From Deltaproteobacteria bacterium (GTDB lineage: Bacteria; Bdellovibrionota_C; UBA2361; SZUA-149; JAITKM01): a stretch of 64,000 nucleotides of DNA. The stretch lies in contig JAITKM010000039.1 in the NCBI GenBank assembly GCA_031278395.1, positions 3,372 to 67,371 on the forward strand. Direction: 5' to 3'. Every line of letters starts with the position of its first letter. Positions within the stretch are counted from its first letter, which is position 1. Under the pieces are notes generated by a model. That model did not search any database. It saw only the letters and a list, made by a program, of their open reading frames with translations, and was not told where the DNA came from. Position numbers and translations under genes: made by a program. Positions 26,730 through 36,576 of the stretch are shown here, piece by piece.

Positions 26730-28721
26730 ATGTCAAGACTTAAATTTATTTGCTTAACTTTTATTTGCTTGCTGCTGATTCCTGCTCATATTATTTATTC
26801 AGCAACGTTAGGAGATTTTGATTTTAGTCTGTCTGAGGAGAAATTGATATGCGCTGATTATTGTTGCACATATAAACCCCAAGATTCAGAACAAGACGCT
26901 GAAACTTCAAATTCTGTAGCGTCCGAAGAAGCTCAAAGCTCTCAATACCCAGATCAAACTTCTGCGCCAGCAGTAGCTAGTAGTAGTTCGGAAAATGCCG
27001 ACACCAACAGTTCGGGAAAAAAAGGCGGTAGCGGCGGCTTGGGGACCGGTGGAACTGGTAATGTTAATAAAAGTTCAATAAGCAGCAGCAGTAGTTCTGC
27101 TAATTGTTTAACCTTGCTAACTATTCAAACAGAAGAAGATGAAATAATAAAATACGAGGCGTTTTATAAAACTTTTGATTCTGGAGCCAGCTCCTGGGTG
27201 ACTAATTCTTCTGATTCTTTTAGTCGTCCTTATTATGTTCAAAATGTAGGTGGTGATATTCATGATTGTTTAAAAAATGATATGAATGATTTTTTAGCTA
27301 GCTGTTTGCAAATGCATGGAGGTTCAGTAATTACTCCAGGCGGCACAGCTATAGAAGGAGTAGGCGCGTCATCATCAACCGAGAGTGGAACTTGGGCGGC
27401 GCAGTATTTATTGTTTGATGAGTTAGCCAATTATTCTTCGGCTGGTAACGCTACAACTATTGCTAATAATGCGTTTTGGGTCGGTGAAGTCGATGATTGT
27501 CTACTAGATAAGACTTTATCAAGAGTAGGTGCTTTGAATTTGCTAAGCGAACTAGTAGCGCAAGGTCTCCATCCAACTCAATATAATACCTCGTCTAGCG
27601 CAGGTGAACATTTACCATCAGGACTAACTACTAATCAGGTTTATATTGACGCTAGTTGCAATGTTGTTGCTGGCGATCCAAATGATCTTACTGAACGGGT
27701 TTGTGGCGATCTAACGATTAATACCTATCTGACGCCGCTTAGTTTGGTCTGGGAAAGAATTAAAGACAAGCCGTCGTTTTCGGCAAGTAATTTTCAGCTT
27801 GATCCAAAACAAGAAAATAAGTGGTATGTCTGGAAAGCTAGCGCGGATATGCCGCTTTTAGTTTATCACAAACCAACAGGTTGGTTTGAGTCGGAAAATA
27901 AAATCAAAGTTACCTCTGTTGAGCAGTTGTTTGGGCAATATACTTTTGGCAAAAATTGGTTAGACGGTTTTTCTGCTTTGGCTAGTTTAGACAAAAACCA
28001 AGATGGAGAAGTTTCTGGTAAAGAGTTAGATAATTTGTATCTCTGGTTTGATAATAATCAAAATGGCGTCTCTGAAGAAGGAGAAGTTAAAGATCTTAAA
28101 AAAGCCGGGGTTACTACTTTGTATTACAAGAGAGACCGAGACGATACTCTAACAGGAGATATTGTCGGGATTGTCGGGTATAAAAGAATCAAAGATAAAC
28201 AGATAGTCAAAGGCTCAATTGTAGATTGGATGTCAAAGCAGGCTTACAGTAATAAGTTTGACGCGTTGGTATCCGCCAAAAAAGAAGAGAAAGAAATAGT
28301 TGCTTTGGCTAAAAAGCCGTATTTTGGCGGTGTTTGGAGTTGGGTGTTGGACCAAAAAGTTGTAGCTAAAAATATGGCAAATATTTTTGGAACTTTTGTC
28401 ATGTCTGACAACGGCAATACAGTTAAAGGAATTTCAATTATCGATATTCCAACCACTAGTAAAAGCTATTTACAAACTATCGGGATTCGGCAGTTTGTGC
28501 CTTTTGTGGCGCTGCGAAATGAAGAAGCAAATGAAATTAAATTTTTAACTCAAACTCAAGATGGATTAGTTACGGAAAATACTATCACTCTTTCAGAGGA
28601 TGGTAGAATGTTATATGGAGTTAGCCGATCTGAGATGTGGAAAACAACGGCTAAGAAAGAAAAAAAGCTAGTTCATTATACATGGAAAGCCTATAAAAAA
28701 TTTTATAAAAGTAAAAGTTAA
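26730..28721 (+). CDS. Secreted Ser-rich protein with tandem DxNxDG Ca-binding-type loops
   Basis: Signal peptide; S-rich linker; LFG..NWLDGFSALASLDKNQDGEVSGKELDNLYLWFDNNQNGVSEEGEV resembles Ca-binding modules seen in large proteobacterial exoproteins. Confidence 0.6.
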   Translation: MSRLKFICLTFICLLLIPAHIIYSATLGDFDFSLSEEKLICADYCCTYKPQDSEQDAETSNSVASEEAQSSQYPDQTSAPAVASSSSENADTNSSGKKGGSGGLGTGGTGNVNKSSISSSSSSANCLTLLTIQTEEDEIIKYEAFYKTFDSGASSWVTNSSDSFSRPYYVQNVGGDIHDCLKNDMNDFLASCLQMHGGSVITPGGTAIEGVGASSSTESGTWAAQYLLFDELANYSSAGNATTIANNAFWVGEVDDCLLDKTLSRVGALNLLSELVAQGLHPTQYNTSSSAGEHLPSGLTTNQVYIDASCNVVAGDPNDLTERVCGDLTINTYLTPLSLVWERIKDKPSFSASNFQLDPKQENKWYVWKASADMPLLVYHKPTGWFESENKIKVTSVEQLFGQYTFGKNWLDGFSALASLDKNQDGEVSGKELDNLYLWFDNNQNGVSEEGEVKDLKKAGVTTLYYKRDRDDTLTGDIVGIVGYKRIKDKQIVKGSIVDWMSKQAYSNKFDALVSAKKEEKEIVALAKKPYFGGVWSWVLDQKVVAKNMANIFGTFVMSDNGNTVKGISIIDIPTTSKSYLQTIGIRQFVPFVALRNEEANEIKFLTQTQDGLVTENTITLSEDGRMLYGVSRSEMWKTTAKKEKKLVHYTWKAYKKFYKSKS

Positions 28722-28722
28722 A

Positions 28723-29820
28723 ATGTATCAGTTATTTTACGGAGAGCTACCGCCCGCGCCGTCTGCGCTGGCTGTTATTATGGCTGGCGGTAGCGGAACT
28801 AGATTCTGGCCCCTAAGCGCCAAAGAAAAACCTAAACAATTTTTAAACTTGTCTGTTACTGGCAAAAGCCTCATTCAAGATACTGTCGAACGTCTTAGCG
28901 GGTTAATTCAACCTCATGAGGTGTTGGTTGTTACAGGGGAGGCTTGGGTTTCGCAAGTGCAGCAACATTTGCCGCAAGCTGCAATTTTGGCAGAACCACA
29001 AGGACGAAATACGGCTCCGTGCTTAGGGCTTGCCGCCATTAAAATTTTAAATGCTGTGGGCGATGTGCCAATGTTGTGCGTTGCAGCGGATAACCTAGTT
29101 CAGGGAGCTGAGAAACTACGTGAATTATATGCGCGGGCACTTCAACTAGCGCAAGCGGAAGATGTCTTAATTACGATCGGGATTAAACCAACTTATCCCG
29201 AAACAGGTTATGGCTATATTTATTGTGGGCAAGCAGGCAGGCAGCGGCAGCCCGGAACTCCTCTGCAAGTGTCGTCATTTAAAGAAAAGCCGGATTTAGA
29301 AACAGCAAAACAGTATTTAGCTAGCGGAGATTATTTTTGGAATGCAGGCATGTTGATTGTGCGTCCAACTGTTTTATTAAAGGCTATTGAACAATATCTG
29401 CCGGATTTATTTGAAGGATTAACTAAAATTGATCAGGCGTTAGATAATGCATTAGTTGTAAAAACTATTTTTGAAAACTTACCGGCTGTGTCAATCGATA
29501 TTGGTGTGCTAGAAAAAGCCGAAAATGTAGTTATGTTCGCTGGCGATAATTTTAAGTGGTCTGATATTGGTTCGTGGAAGTCGTGGGCTGATTTAATGTT
29601 AGAAAACGCTACTAATTATAGTAATGCGGCTGAAAGAACTGTTTTTGTGAACTCAAAAAATTGCGCACTTTATGTGGCTGAGATGGAGAAGGCGGAGCAG
29701 AAAAAAATTATTGGCGTAGTCGGTTTAGAAAATGTGGTAATTGTGGACACGCCCCGGGGGTTGCTAGTTTGTCATCAAGATTTAAGCCAAGAAGTAAAAA
29801 AAATTATTAGAGAATCCTAA
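28723..29820 (+). CDS. Mannose-1-phosphate guanylyltransferase (no isomerase domain)
   Basis: AVIMAGGSGTRFWPLS; GYGYI; FKEKP; FWNAGM. Confidence 0.85.
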   Translation: MYQLFYGELPPAPSALAVIMAGGSGTRFWPLSAKEKPKQFLNLSVTGKSLIQDTVERLSGLIQPHEVLVVTGEAWVSQVQQHLPQAAILAEPQGRNTAPCLGLAAIKILNAVGDVPMLCVAADNLVQGAEKLRELYARALQLAQAEDVLITIGIKPTYPETGYGYIYCGQAGRQRQPGTPLQVSSFKEKPDLETAKQYLASGDYFWNAGMLIVRPTVLLKAIEQYLPDLFEGLTKIDQALDNALVVKTIFENLPAVSIDIGVLEKAENVVMFAGDNFKWSDIGSWKSWADLMLENATNYSNAAERTVFVNSKNCALYVAEMEKAEQKKIIGVVGLENVVIVDTPRGLLVCHQDLSQEVKKIIRES

Positions 29821-29912
29821 GTTGCGCGGGCATTTAGTTTTGTTGTTGGCAGCAAGTAGGGGTTAGTTATTTCTTACTGGGCAAAATCGATTTATTTAAT
29901 TTTTAAATTTTC

Positions 29913-29941
29913 TTGCACTGATAACTTAAAATGAATATACT
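29913..29941 (+). promoter_or_regulatory. Candidate sigma-70 promoter for secA (TTGCAC-17 nt-TATACT)
   Basis: Hexamers and spacing read directly, ~78 nt upstream of the secA ATG. Confidence 0.4.
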
Positions 29942-30018
29942 CCCACCTCATTTTTGACCCTAATTTAATACTATTAAAAGCAGACAAATAGATTATCCCA
30001 CAGGCTTAGAATCCAATT

Positions 30019-32775
30019 ATGTTACAATACGTTTTAAATAAAATTTTCGGATCCAGAAATGAAAGAGAGTTACGTCGACTTTGGCCACTTGTGGAACGCA
30101 TCAACCAACTTGAAGCTAAGTATCTTAATTTCTCCTTAGATGATTTAAAAAATCAAACCAATATTTTTAAAGAACGCCTTGCCACGGGCGAAACTTTAGA
30201 TGACATTTTGCCAGAAGCTTTTGCCGTGGTGCGCGAGACTAGTAAACGCGTGCTCGGGATGCGACATTTTGATGTTCAGCTGCTGGGCGGCATTGTGCTG
30301 CATCAAGGAAAAATTGCCGAAATGAAAACTGGTGAAGGAAAAACCCTTTGCGCCACACTTCCCCTTTATTTAAACGCTCTGACTGGCAAGGGGGTTCATT
30401 TAGTTACGGTCAATGACTACCTAGCTAAACGCGACGCCGAATGGATGGGGCGGATTTATCGTTCTTTAGGGCTAACTGTAGGGTGTATCGTAGAGCAGCT
30501 GAATGATCAAGAGCGGATTGTCGCCTACAGATCTGATATTATATATGGGCAAAACAATCAATTTGGCTTTGATTATCTGCGTGATAACATGAAAGTCGAT
30601 TTTAACGAAATGGTGCAACGCGGCTTTAACTTTGCGATTGTTGACGAAGTTGATTCAATCTTAATTGATGAAGCCCGAACTCCGCTAATTATTTCAAGCG
30701 CGGGCAGTAATCCAACTGAAACTTATGGTATGGCAAATGCTTTGGTGCACCAGCTAATTGAGGAAAACAAAAAAATTTTGGCGCAAAATAAAAAAGACAA
30801 CTTACTGCCGCCTAAAAATGCTAAAGAATCAGAACAATACGGGGAATATTTTTATTTAGATCTCAAAGGTAAAAATATCGCCTTGAACGACGCTGGCGTG
30901 CGCCGGATTGAAACTTTACTCAATATTAACAATCTTTATAATCCAGAAAACATCAATGTTGTGCATCATGTTACGCAGGCTCTCAAAGCCAATATTATTA
31001 TGAAACGCGATATTGATTATATGGTTAAAGACAATCAAGTCGTGATTATTGATGAGTTCACAGGGCGACAGATGGATGGTAGACGTTGGTCGGACGGCTT
31101 GCACCAAGCAATTGAAGCTAAAGAAGGGGTGCCGATTGCGCGTGAGAGTGAAACGCTAGGGACAGTTACTTTTCAAAATTATTTTAGAATGTATGCCAAA
31201 CTTAGCGGTATGACCGGCACGGCGGATACTGAAGCTATCGAGTTAAAAAAAATCTACAACTTGGACGTGGTCATGATCCCTCCTAATATGCCCATGATTA
31301 GAGAAGATAAGTCTGACCAAATTTATGTTTCAATTCAGGAAAAATATAAAGCTGTCTGTAATGAGATTAAGGAATTGCATCAAAAAGGACAGCCTATTTT
31401 AGTAGGCACGATTAGTATTGAAGCTTCTGAGCAGTTAAGCGCTATGCTCAAAAAAATGGGGATAAAACATAATGTGCTTAATGCTAAATTTCATGAGCAG
31501 GAAGCCGAGATTATAGCTCAAGCAGGGCGTTTAAACGCAGTTACTATTTCTACTAATATGGCCGGGCGCGGAACAGATATTTTGCTTGGTGGTAATCCGG
31601 ACTTTTTTGTTGCTACCGAAGGAGTGATTTTAAATCCGTTCGATCCGAATTTTGATGCAGAATTATATAAGGAGCGCTTGGAGTTTTATAAAGCCCAGTG
31701 CGCTGAGGAGCATGAGGAAGTAGTGCGGGTAGGTGGTTTGTATATTATTGGAACAGAACGCCATGAAAGCCGACGCATTGATAATCAACTGCGTGGGCGC
31801 GCTGGTAGACAAGGCGATCCTGGTAGTTCGCAGTTTTATGTCTCGCTGGAAGATGATTTAATGAAGCGTTTTGGTGGTGAAAAAATGCAGGTCATGATGC
31901 GCAGTTTCGGCATGACTGATGAAGCGATTAGTGGTCGTTTAGTGGCGCGGGCAATTGAGCAAGCCCAGAAAAAGGTTGAAAGTTATCATTTCGATGTGCG
32001 TAAACACCTATTTGACTATGATAATGTTTTAAATAAACAAAGAGAAGTTATTTATTCGTTAAGAACTAAAATCTTACAGAACGAAAATAATCAGGACTTT
32101 GAAGAGAGTATTTTAGAGCTAATTGCAGATGCAATTGAAGCTTTGGTTATGGATAAGGTTCACGAAAAAGTGCCGGTTGAGGATTGGGATATAATTGACG
32201 TCTGTAATGTTATAGAAAAGGTTTATAGTTTAACAGAGTCCGCAGCGCAAAATTTTGAAGATCAGAAAAAAGCGTTTAACGCCAAAGAAATGGCGCAAAG
32301 TCTGTTTGACTATTATCAGAACGCGGTTTTACAGAAATATAAGGAATGCAAAACTAAATTTGGCGCTGAGAGTTTTCTTAAGTTAATTCGCGTTATTTAT
32401 CTGCAAGTTATAGATTATTTTTGGAAAGAGCATTTAGCTAATATGACTAGTTTGCGCGAAGGTATTGGTTTACGTGGTTATGGGCAAAAAAATCCGCTTT
32501 ATGAATATCAACGCGAAGCGTTTGTCCTATTTGAAGAGATGATTTTTAACATTAATGTTACGGTTTCGCGGGAAATGTTTAATGTTGAACTCCTAACAGA
32601 TGAAGAAATTAGAGAGCGTCAAGCCCAGGAACAGAAAAGACAGCACCAAATAGCCGAGACAGCCAAAGCAGTGCATCATGACACGCAGGTAGCTCAAAAA
32701 TCTGTAGCGGCGTCCAACCTAAATCGCCAACAACGCCGCCTAGAAGAAAAAAGAAATAAAAAACATTCCAAATAA
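30019..32775 (+). CDS. secA: Preprotein translocase ATPase SecA
   Basis: MKTGEGKTL Walker A, DEVDSILIDEARTPLIIS, TNMAGRGTDI; basic C-terminal tail. Confidence 0.97.
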   Translation: MLQYVLNKIFGSRNERELRRLWPLVERINQLEAKYLNFSLDDLKNQTNIFKERLATGETLDDILPEAFAVVRETSKRVLGMRHFDVQLLGGIVLHQGKIAEMKTGEGKTLCATLPLYLNALTGKGVHLVTVNDYLAKRDAEWMGRIYRSLGLTVGCIVEQLNDQERIVAYRSDIIYGQNNQFGFDYLRDNMKVDFNEMVQRGFNFAIVDEVDSILIDEARTPLIISSAGSNPTETYGMANALVHQLIEENKKILAQNKKDNLLPPKNAKESEQYGEYFYLDLKGKNIALNDAGVRRIETLLNINNLYNPENINVVHHVTQALKANIIMKRDIDYMVKDNQVVIIDEFTGRQMDGRRWSDGLHQAIEAKEGVPIARESETLGTVTFQNYFRMYAKLSGMTGTADTEAIELKKIYNLDVVMIPPNMPMIREDKSDQIYVSIQEKYKAVCNEIKELHQKGQPILVGTISIEASEQLSAMLKKMGIKHNVLNAKFHEQEAEIIAQAGRLNAVTISTNMAGRGTDILLGGNPDFFVATEGVILNPFDPNFDAELYKERLEFYKAQCAEEHEEVVRVGGLYIIGTERHESRRIDNQLRGRAGRQGDPGSSQFYVSLEDDLMKRFGGEKMQVMMRSFGMTDEAISGRLVARAIEQAQKKVESYHFDVRKHLFDYDNVLNKQREVIYSLRTKILQNENNQDFEESILELIADAIEALVMDKVHEKVPVEDWDIIDVCNVIEKVYSLTESAAQNFEDQKKAFNAKEMAQSLFDYYQNAVLQKYKECKTKFGAESFLKLIRVIYLQVIDYFWKEHLANMTSLREGIGLRGYGQKNPLYEYQREAFVLFEEMIFNINVTVSREMFNVELLTDEEIRERQAQEQKRQHQIAETAKAVHHDTQVAQKSVAASNLNRQQRRLEEKRNKKHSK

Positions 32776-32803
32776 AGAATGAAGTAATGGCTTGTAGGCA
32801 GCG

Positions 32804-33113
32804 CTATTCTTGGCTAGCAGAAGAACTAGAATCGCTTGATTTGCCTTCATCAAAAGATCCTAAGCTTTCATAGGTCAGACAATCGAACGTATTGTATAAA
32901 ATCTTTAAGTTAAATTCTCCAACATTATTATAACTTCTGCCATAAACAACTAAATAATAGGTTCCAGCTGGTTTACCTTTTTAAACTAATACTTTTATTT
33001 GTACTTGTGCCGCTAGTGCTACTAAGAACTTCGAGGTTAGAATTATATAATATCATCTGTAAATCAGTAACCGTCTTATTAAATCGAATATAGTTGTAGT
33101 TAATATTATAACA
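32804..33113 (-). pseudogene. 3' fragment of a pre-peptidase C-terminal (PPC)-like domain gene, frameshifted in an A5 run
   Basis: Two adjacent frames read YNYIRFNKTVTDLQMILYNSNLEVLSSTSGTSTNKSISLK and KGKPAGTYYLVVYGRSYNNVGEFNLKILY. They join if one A is removed near 32976-32983. No start codon or N-terminal part. Confidence 0.55.
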
Positions 33114-33136
33114 TGGAAAGAGAGGGGGTAGTTTTT

Positions 33137-33397
33137 TTACAAATAAACCACCGTTACGCCTGGATTGACTGGACTAAGTTCAAACCGACTAATATATTTT
33201 GAATTTTGTAGATACAAATGCACGGCGTTTTTGATTTTGCCTGTGCCTAAGCCATGGATAATATTTATTTGTCGAACATCGGATAAAATAGCGCGGTCAA
33301 GGACTTCATCTAGTCGAGCAAGGCTCTCCGCTACAGTCCAACCATGGAAGTCAATCTCGATAATTTCTTGAACTGCGTGAAGTCTGGTTTTACGCAT
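33137..33397 (-). CDS. Smr (small MutS-related) domain protein
   Basis: IDFHGWTVAESL ... INIIHGLGTGKIK; overlaps the lptG stop by 8 nt. Confidence 0.8.
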   Translation of the reverse strand: MRKTRLHAVQEIIEIDFHGWTVAESLARLDEVLDRAILSDVRQINIIHGLGTGKIKNAVHLYLQNSKYISRFELSPVNPGVTVVYL

Positions 33398-34574
33398 AAT
33401 CTGACCTAAGCGTCAAATAAGAACCAATAATAAAAAACAACACATCAGCCGACCAGGCTGAAACATAAAGCGGCAGTAATTCAGCTCCGCCTAAGGCTAA
33501 AGAAATTGCATGTATAAAATAATATCCAAAACCAATACTCACTCCAGCCAAAAAACTTAAAGTTAAAGAACCTGAACGAGCTGGAATTAAGGCAAAAGGA
33601 AAAGCAATTAAAATTACTAAAATATTAATTAGTGGAAATGAAATTTTAGCAATTCGTTGCACTTTATATTCCGTAGTCGGCACGCCTTCGCTTTCTAATT
33701 TATAAATATATCTGCCTAACTCGTGATAACTCATAGTCTCCGGCAATTTTTGCAAATCATAAAAGTCCTCCGGTTTTTCTTTGAGCTTGAGGGGTAAATT
33801 AGGATATTGTTTTATTTCTTTAATATTATAAGCCACAAAAATACTTTCAACGACATCCTGCATAATCCAAATTTGTTGCTTTTTATCCCAAATTACTTTT
33901 TGGGCATCAGTTTTCTTTTTTAATTTATCTTCGGCGTCAAATTCCCAAATCGAAAGCTTTTCAAGCGTCTGATTACTAGAATTATAATAGCCAATATTAA
34001 AAGTTTTATCCTGATCTCGATACCAAAAATTATGCCTGCTTAAGCGCCCTTTAGCGTCTTTTTTCTTAATATCTAAATTATAGATTCTTTCAACTTGATC
34101 CATGGACCAAGGCACTAAAGTTTCGCCTAAAAAAAACATTATTCCAAAAGTGAGTAGCCCAATAAATAGTAAAGGACGCGCCAGATTAAAAACGCTTAAA
34201 CCACAAGCCCGCATAGCAGTTATTTCGCTAAGCTGTGAAAGTCGTCCCACGGAAACTAAGGTTGAAATTAAAATTGCAACTGGCGTCATTAAATGTAGAA
34301 CTAGTGGAATTTTGTAAAGAAAATATTGTAAGGCTAACCCAAAGCTAGAGTTCTCGCGAATTAAAACTTTACTTCTGTCAAACATGTCCACCACTAAAAA
34401 TAAACTAATCGCAATCAGAATACAGGTAAAAAAGGACAAAAAGAAAAAACGCAACACATAGCGCTGAATAATATGCGGATAAATAAAGTTAACAAGCTTA
34501 ATAAAAAATTTTTTCAACATATACGAAACTTTAGCAAAGCCAGGTTTAATAGTCTGGCTCCTTAGTAGATACAC
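33390..34574 (-). CDS. lptG: LPS export ABC permease, LptG-type (YjgP/YjgQ family); probable true start at 34520
   Basis: 6-TM YjgP/YjgQ architecture with a periplasmic beta-jellyroll insert; second of two tandem paralogs. Confidence 0.75.
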   Translation of the reverse strand: MYLLRSQTIKPGFAKVSYMLKKFFIKLVNFIYPHIIQRYVLRFFFLSFFTCILIAISLFLVVDMFDRSKVLIRENSSFGLALQYFLYKIPLVLHLMTPVAILISTLVSVGRLSQLSEITAMRACGLSVFNLARPLLFIGLLTFGIMFFLGETLVPWSMDQVERIYNLDIKKKDAKGRLSRHNFWYRDQDKTFNIGYYNSSNQTLEKLSIWEFDAEDKLKKKTDAQKVIWDKKQQIWIMQDVVESIFVAYNIKEIKQYPNLPLKLKEKPEDFYDLQKLPETMSYHELGRYIYKLESEGVPTTEYKVQRIAKISFPLINILVILIAFPFALIPARSGSLTLSFLAGVSIGFGYYFIHAISLALGGAELLPLYVSAWSADVLFFIIGSYLTLRSDYA

Positions 34575-34595
34575 ATTCTTAAAGGTAAAAACTAA

Positions 34596-35825
34596 CTAAT
34601 GGAGCCGGACTTTAAATTTGAACCGAATAGCAATCCACCTTTCGGACCACAGCTGTCTAAAAAAATATAAGCCTAACACTAAAAGCATAATATTGGGTAA
34701 CCAAATTACCCAAGCCGACACTTTGCCTTGTCCGCAAAGAGCATTAGCTAGCGCTAATAAGCCATAATACACGAGAATCATCAATATTCCACCTAGCATG
34801 CTGGCGCTTAGTCCCCAACTGCCAGATTGGCGCGGTGGCGCAATTCCTAAACAGAGAGCTATTAGAGCCACTCCCAGACAAGAAAGAGGAATCGTAAAGC
34901 GATTATTGAGTTCTACTAATAATTTGTTTTTTTCTTCTACTAACTCTTTGGAAGCTGGTTTTGCGGGTTGAGTAGCCTGAATATTTTGCCACAATTCTGG
35001 CAGCTGCATTTCATTTAGTTTTTTATTTTTTATGTCATTGGAGTTATTTAATAAACTTTCAGGATTAAAACTTATACTAGTTACCGAAAACGAGGTGATT
35101 TTTGGTTCAGTGAAAAAACCTTCATTGATAATGCCGTTGTATAAACGTAAGATGATGGAACGCTCAGTATTATTTGAAGCAAGATCACCATAGCTTGCAA
35201 TAAAAGTTCGTGGGTTCTTGGGATCATTGCGGTCGCCAATAATAACCCCAGAGAGTTTTTTTAAATCTTGATCTATGTTTTGGGCGTAAATGGTAATATC
35301 ACCTAATTCATTAAAAATTCCTGGAATCAATCCTGCACTAGCTTTAGTTTTTAATATTTCAAAAGCGCCTTGACTAAATTTAGCGTTAGCAGTGGGGCGA
35401 ATCCAGCACGAAATACTTAGGGCAAACAACAGGCAAATAAAACTAAAGCCGAGAGTTGGCAGAGCCAGCTTAGACAGACTGATGCCAGTAGCTTTCATAA
35501 CAATTATTTCGCTATCACTACTTAATCTCCCAAAAGCAATAATTACAGAAATTAAAAGCGACATGGGAATAGCCAGCTCCAGAAAGCGTGGAATAATACA
35601 GCTAAACAAAACAATAATATTTAGCAACGGAACATTTTTATTAACGATTAAATCGGTAAGTTGTAGACTTCTAATTAAAAACAAAATCCCAGTGAAGATA
35701 AACAGGCACAACAAAAACGGCGAGAAAATTTCTCTAAAAATATAATAATAAAGAATAGGAAATTTTGATTTTAAGAAACTCTCTTTTATTCTAATCATGA
35801 ACTGAATAGCCTTTGGAATTTTCAA
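34596..35825 (-). CDS. lptF: LPS export ABC permease, LptF-type (YjgP/YjgQ family)
   Basis: ILYYYIFREIFSPFLLCLF N-terminal motif and the same architecture as the downstream paralog. Confidence 0.75.
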   Translation of the reverse strand: MKIPKAIQFMIRIKESFLKSKFPILYYYIFREIFSPFLLCLFIFTGILFLIRSLQLTDLIVNKNVPLLNIIVLFSCIIPRFLELAIPMSLLISVIIAFGRLSSDSEIIVMKATGISLSKLALPTLGFSFICLLFALSISCWIRPTANAKFSQGAFEILKTKASAGLIPGIFNELGDITIYAQNIDQDLKKLSGVIIGDRNDPKNPRTFIASYGDLASNNTERSIILRLYNGIINEGFFTEPKITSFSVTSISFNPESLLNNSNDIKNKKLNEMQLPELWQNIQATQPAKPASKELVEEKNKLLVELNNRFTIPLSCLGVALIALCLGIAPPRQSGSWGLSASMLGGILMILVYYGLLALANALCGQGKVSAWVIWLPNIMLLVLGLYFFRQLWSERWIAIRFKFKVRLH

Positions 35826-35873
35826 AACAAATGTTTTTGAAAAAAATTCAGCTTAGACTTGCTATTGAGATGT

Positions 35874-36086
35874 TCAAACTTTTTTGAGAGGAATGGTTAA
35901 ACAGCTAACGCAATTTTCTCTTTTTTTCTTTTTGAAAGATTCTTTTTCTTTTCTGATTCTTTTTTCGCAAGGTTTTTCGTAAAATCTTCTGGCTTTTAGC
36001 TCTTTAAAAATTCCTTCGCGTATTAGTTTGCGCTTTAACACGCGCATTGCTTTTTCAAGATTTTGATTAACGCTTATTTCTACCAT
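35874..36086 (-). CDS. rpsU: 30S ribosomal protein S21
   Basis: MVEISVNQNLEKAMRVLKRKLIREGIFKELKARRFYEKPCEKRIRKEKE. The 41-codon upstream extension in the ORF track is hydrophobic and was discarded. Confidence 0.85.
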   Translation of the reverse strand: MVEISVNQNLEKAMRVLKRKLIREGIFKELKARRFYEKPCEKRIRKEKESFKKKKRENCVSCLTIPLKKV

Positions 36087-36384
36087 GATATACTTATCTA
36101 AAATTAAAATTAATAAACAAAATGCGGTGGCTACATAAATTATAAATTCAAAAAAAACAAGAAAATCTAAATATATTCTGCCACCTCGCTCTTTGGGTTT
36201 GTTTCTCAAACGAAAAACGCCTCTTCTTTTATTTTTTTAATTTGGATATAAATTAAAAAGGAAAGGAAAACTCTACCGGCTTCGCTCCTAGAATTTTATA
36301 GAGAAAGTATTTTTCGCTATGCAAAAAAATACTGGTCGGAAGAATTTAAAGATAAAATAATTACGATTAAAATAATTATAACTT

Positions 36385-36409
36385 ATTTATTTTATTGTAT
36401 AAAATAAAT
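36385..36409. promoter_or_regulatory. Perfect AT-rich palindrome ATTTATTTTAT-TGT-ATAAAATAAAT just upstream of the -35 element
   Basis: 11-bp arms are exact reverse complements; UP-element or operator candidate. Confidence 0.35.
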
Positions 36410-36422
36410 CTTTACTAAAACG

Positions 36423-36450
36423 TTGACATTTTTATTTTTTAAGATATAAT
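36423..36450 (+). promoter_or_regulatory. Consensus sigma-70 promoter TTGACA-16 nt-TATAAT
   Basis: Both hexamers match the consensus exactly, ~125 nt upstream of the ATG at 36577. Confidence 0.65.
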
Positions 36451-36576
36451 CCGCATCAATTTAATGGTTATTAATCATTATTTTGATTAAGTTTTATAAA
36501 AAATAATAAAGATATACGTTTTTTATAACAATAACAATTTTAACCCATAATTAACACATAAAAGGAGTAATAAAAT

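Noticed and set aside
36087-36209. 41-codon N-terminal extension of rpsU in the ORF track
   Set aside because: The extension is hydrophobic and unlike S21. The canonical S21 sequence starts at MVEISVNQ (ATG 36086).
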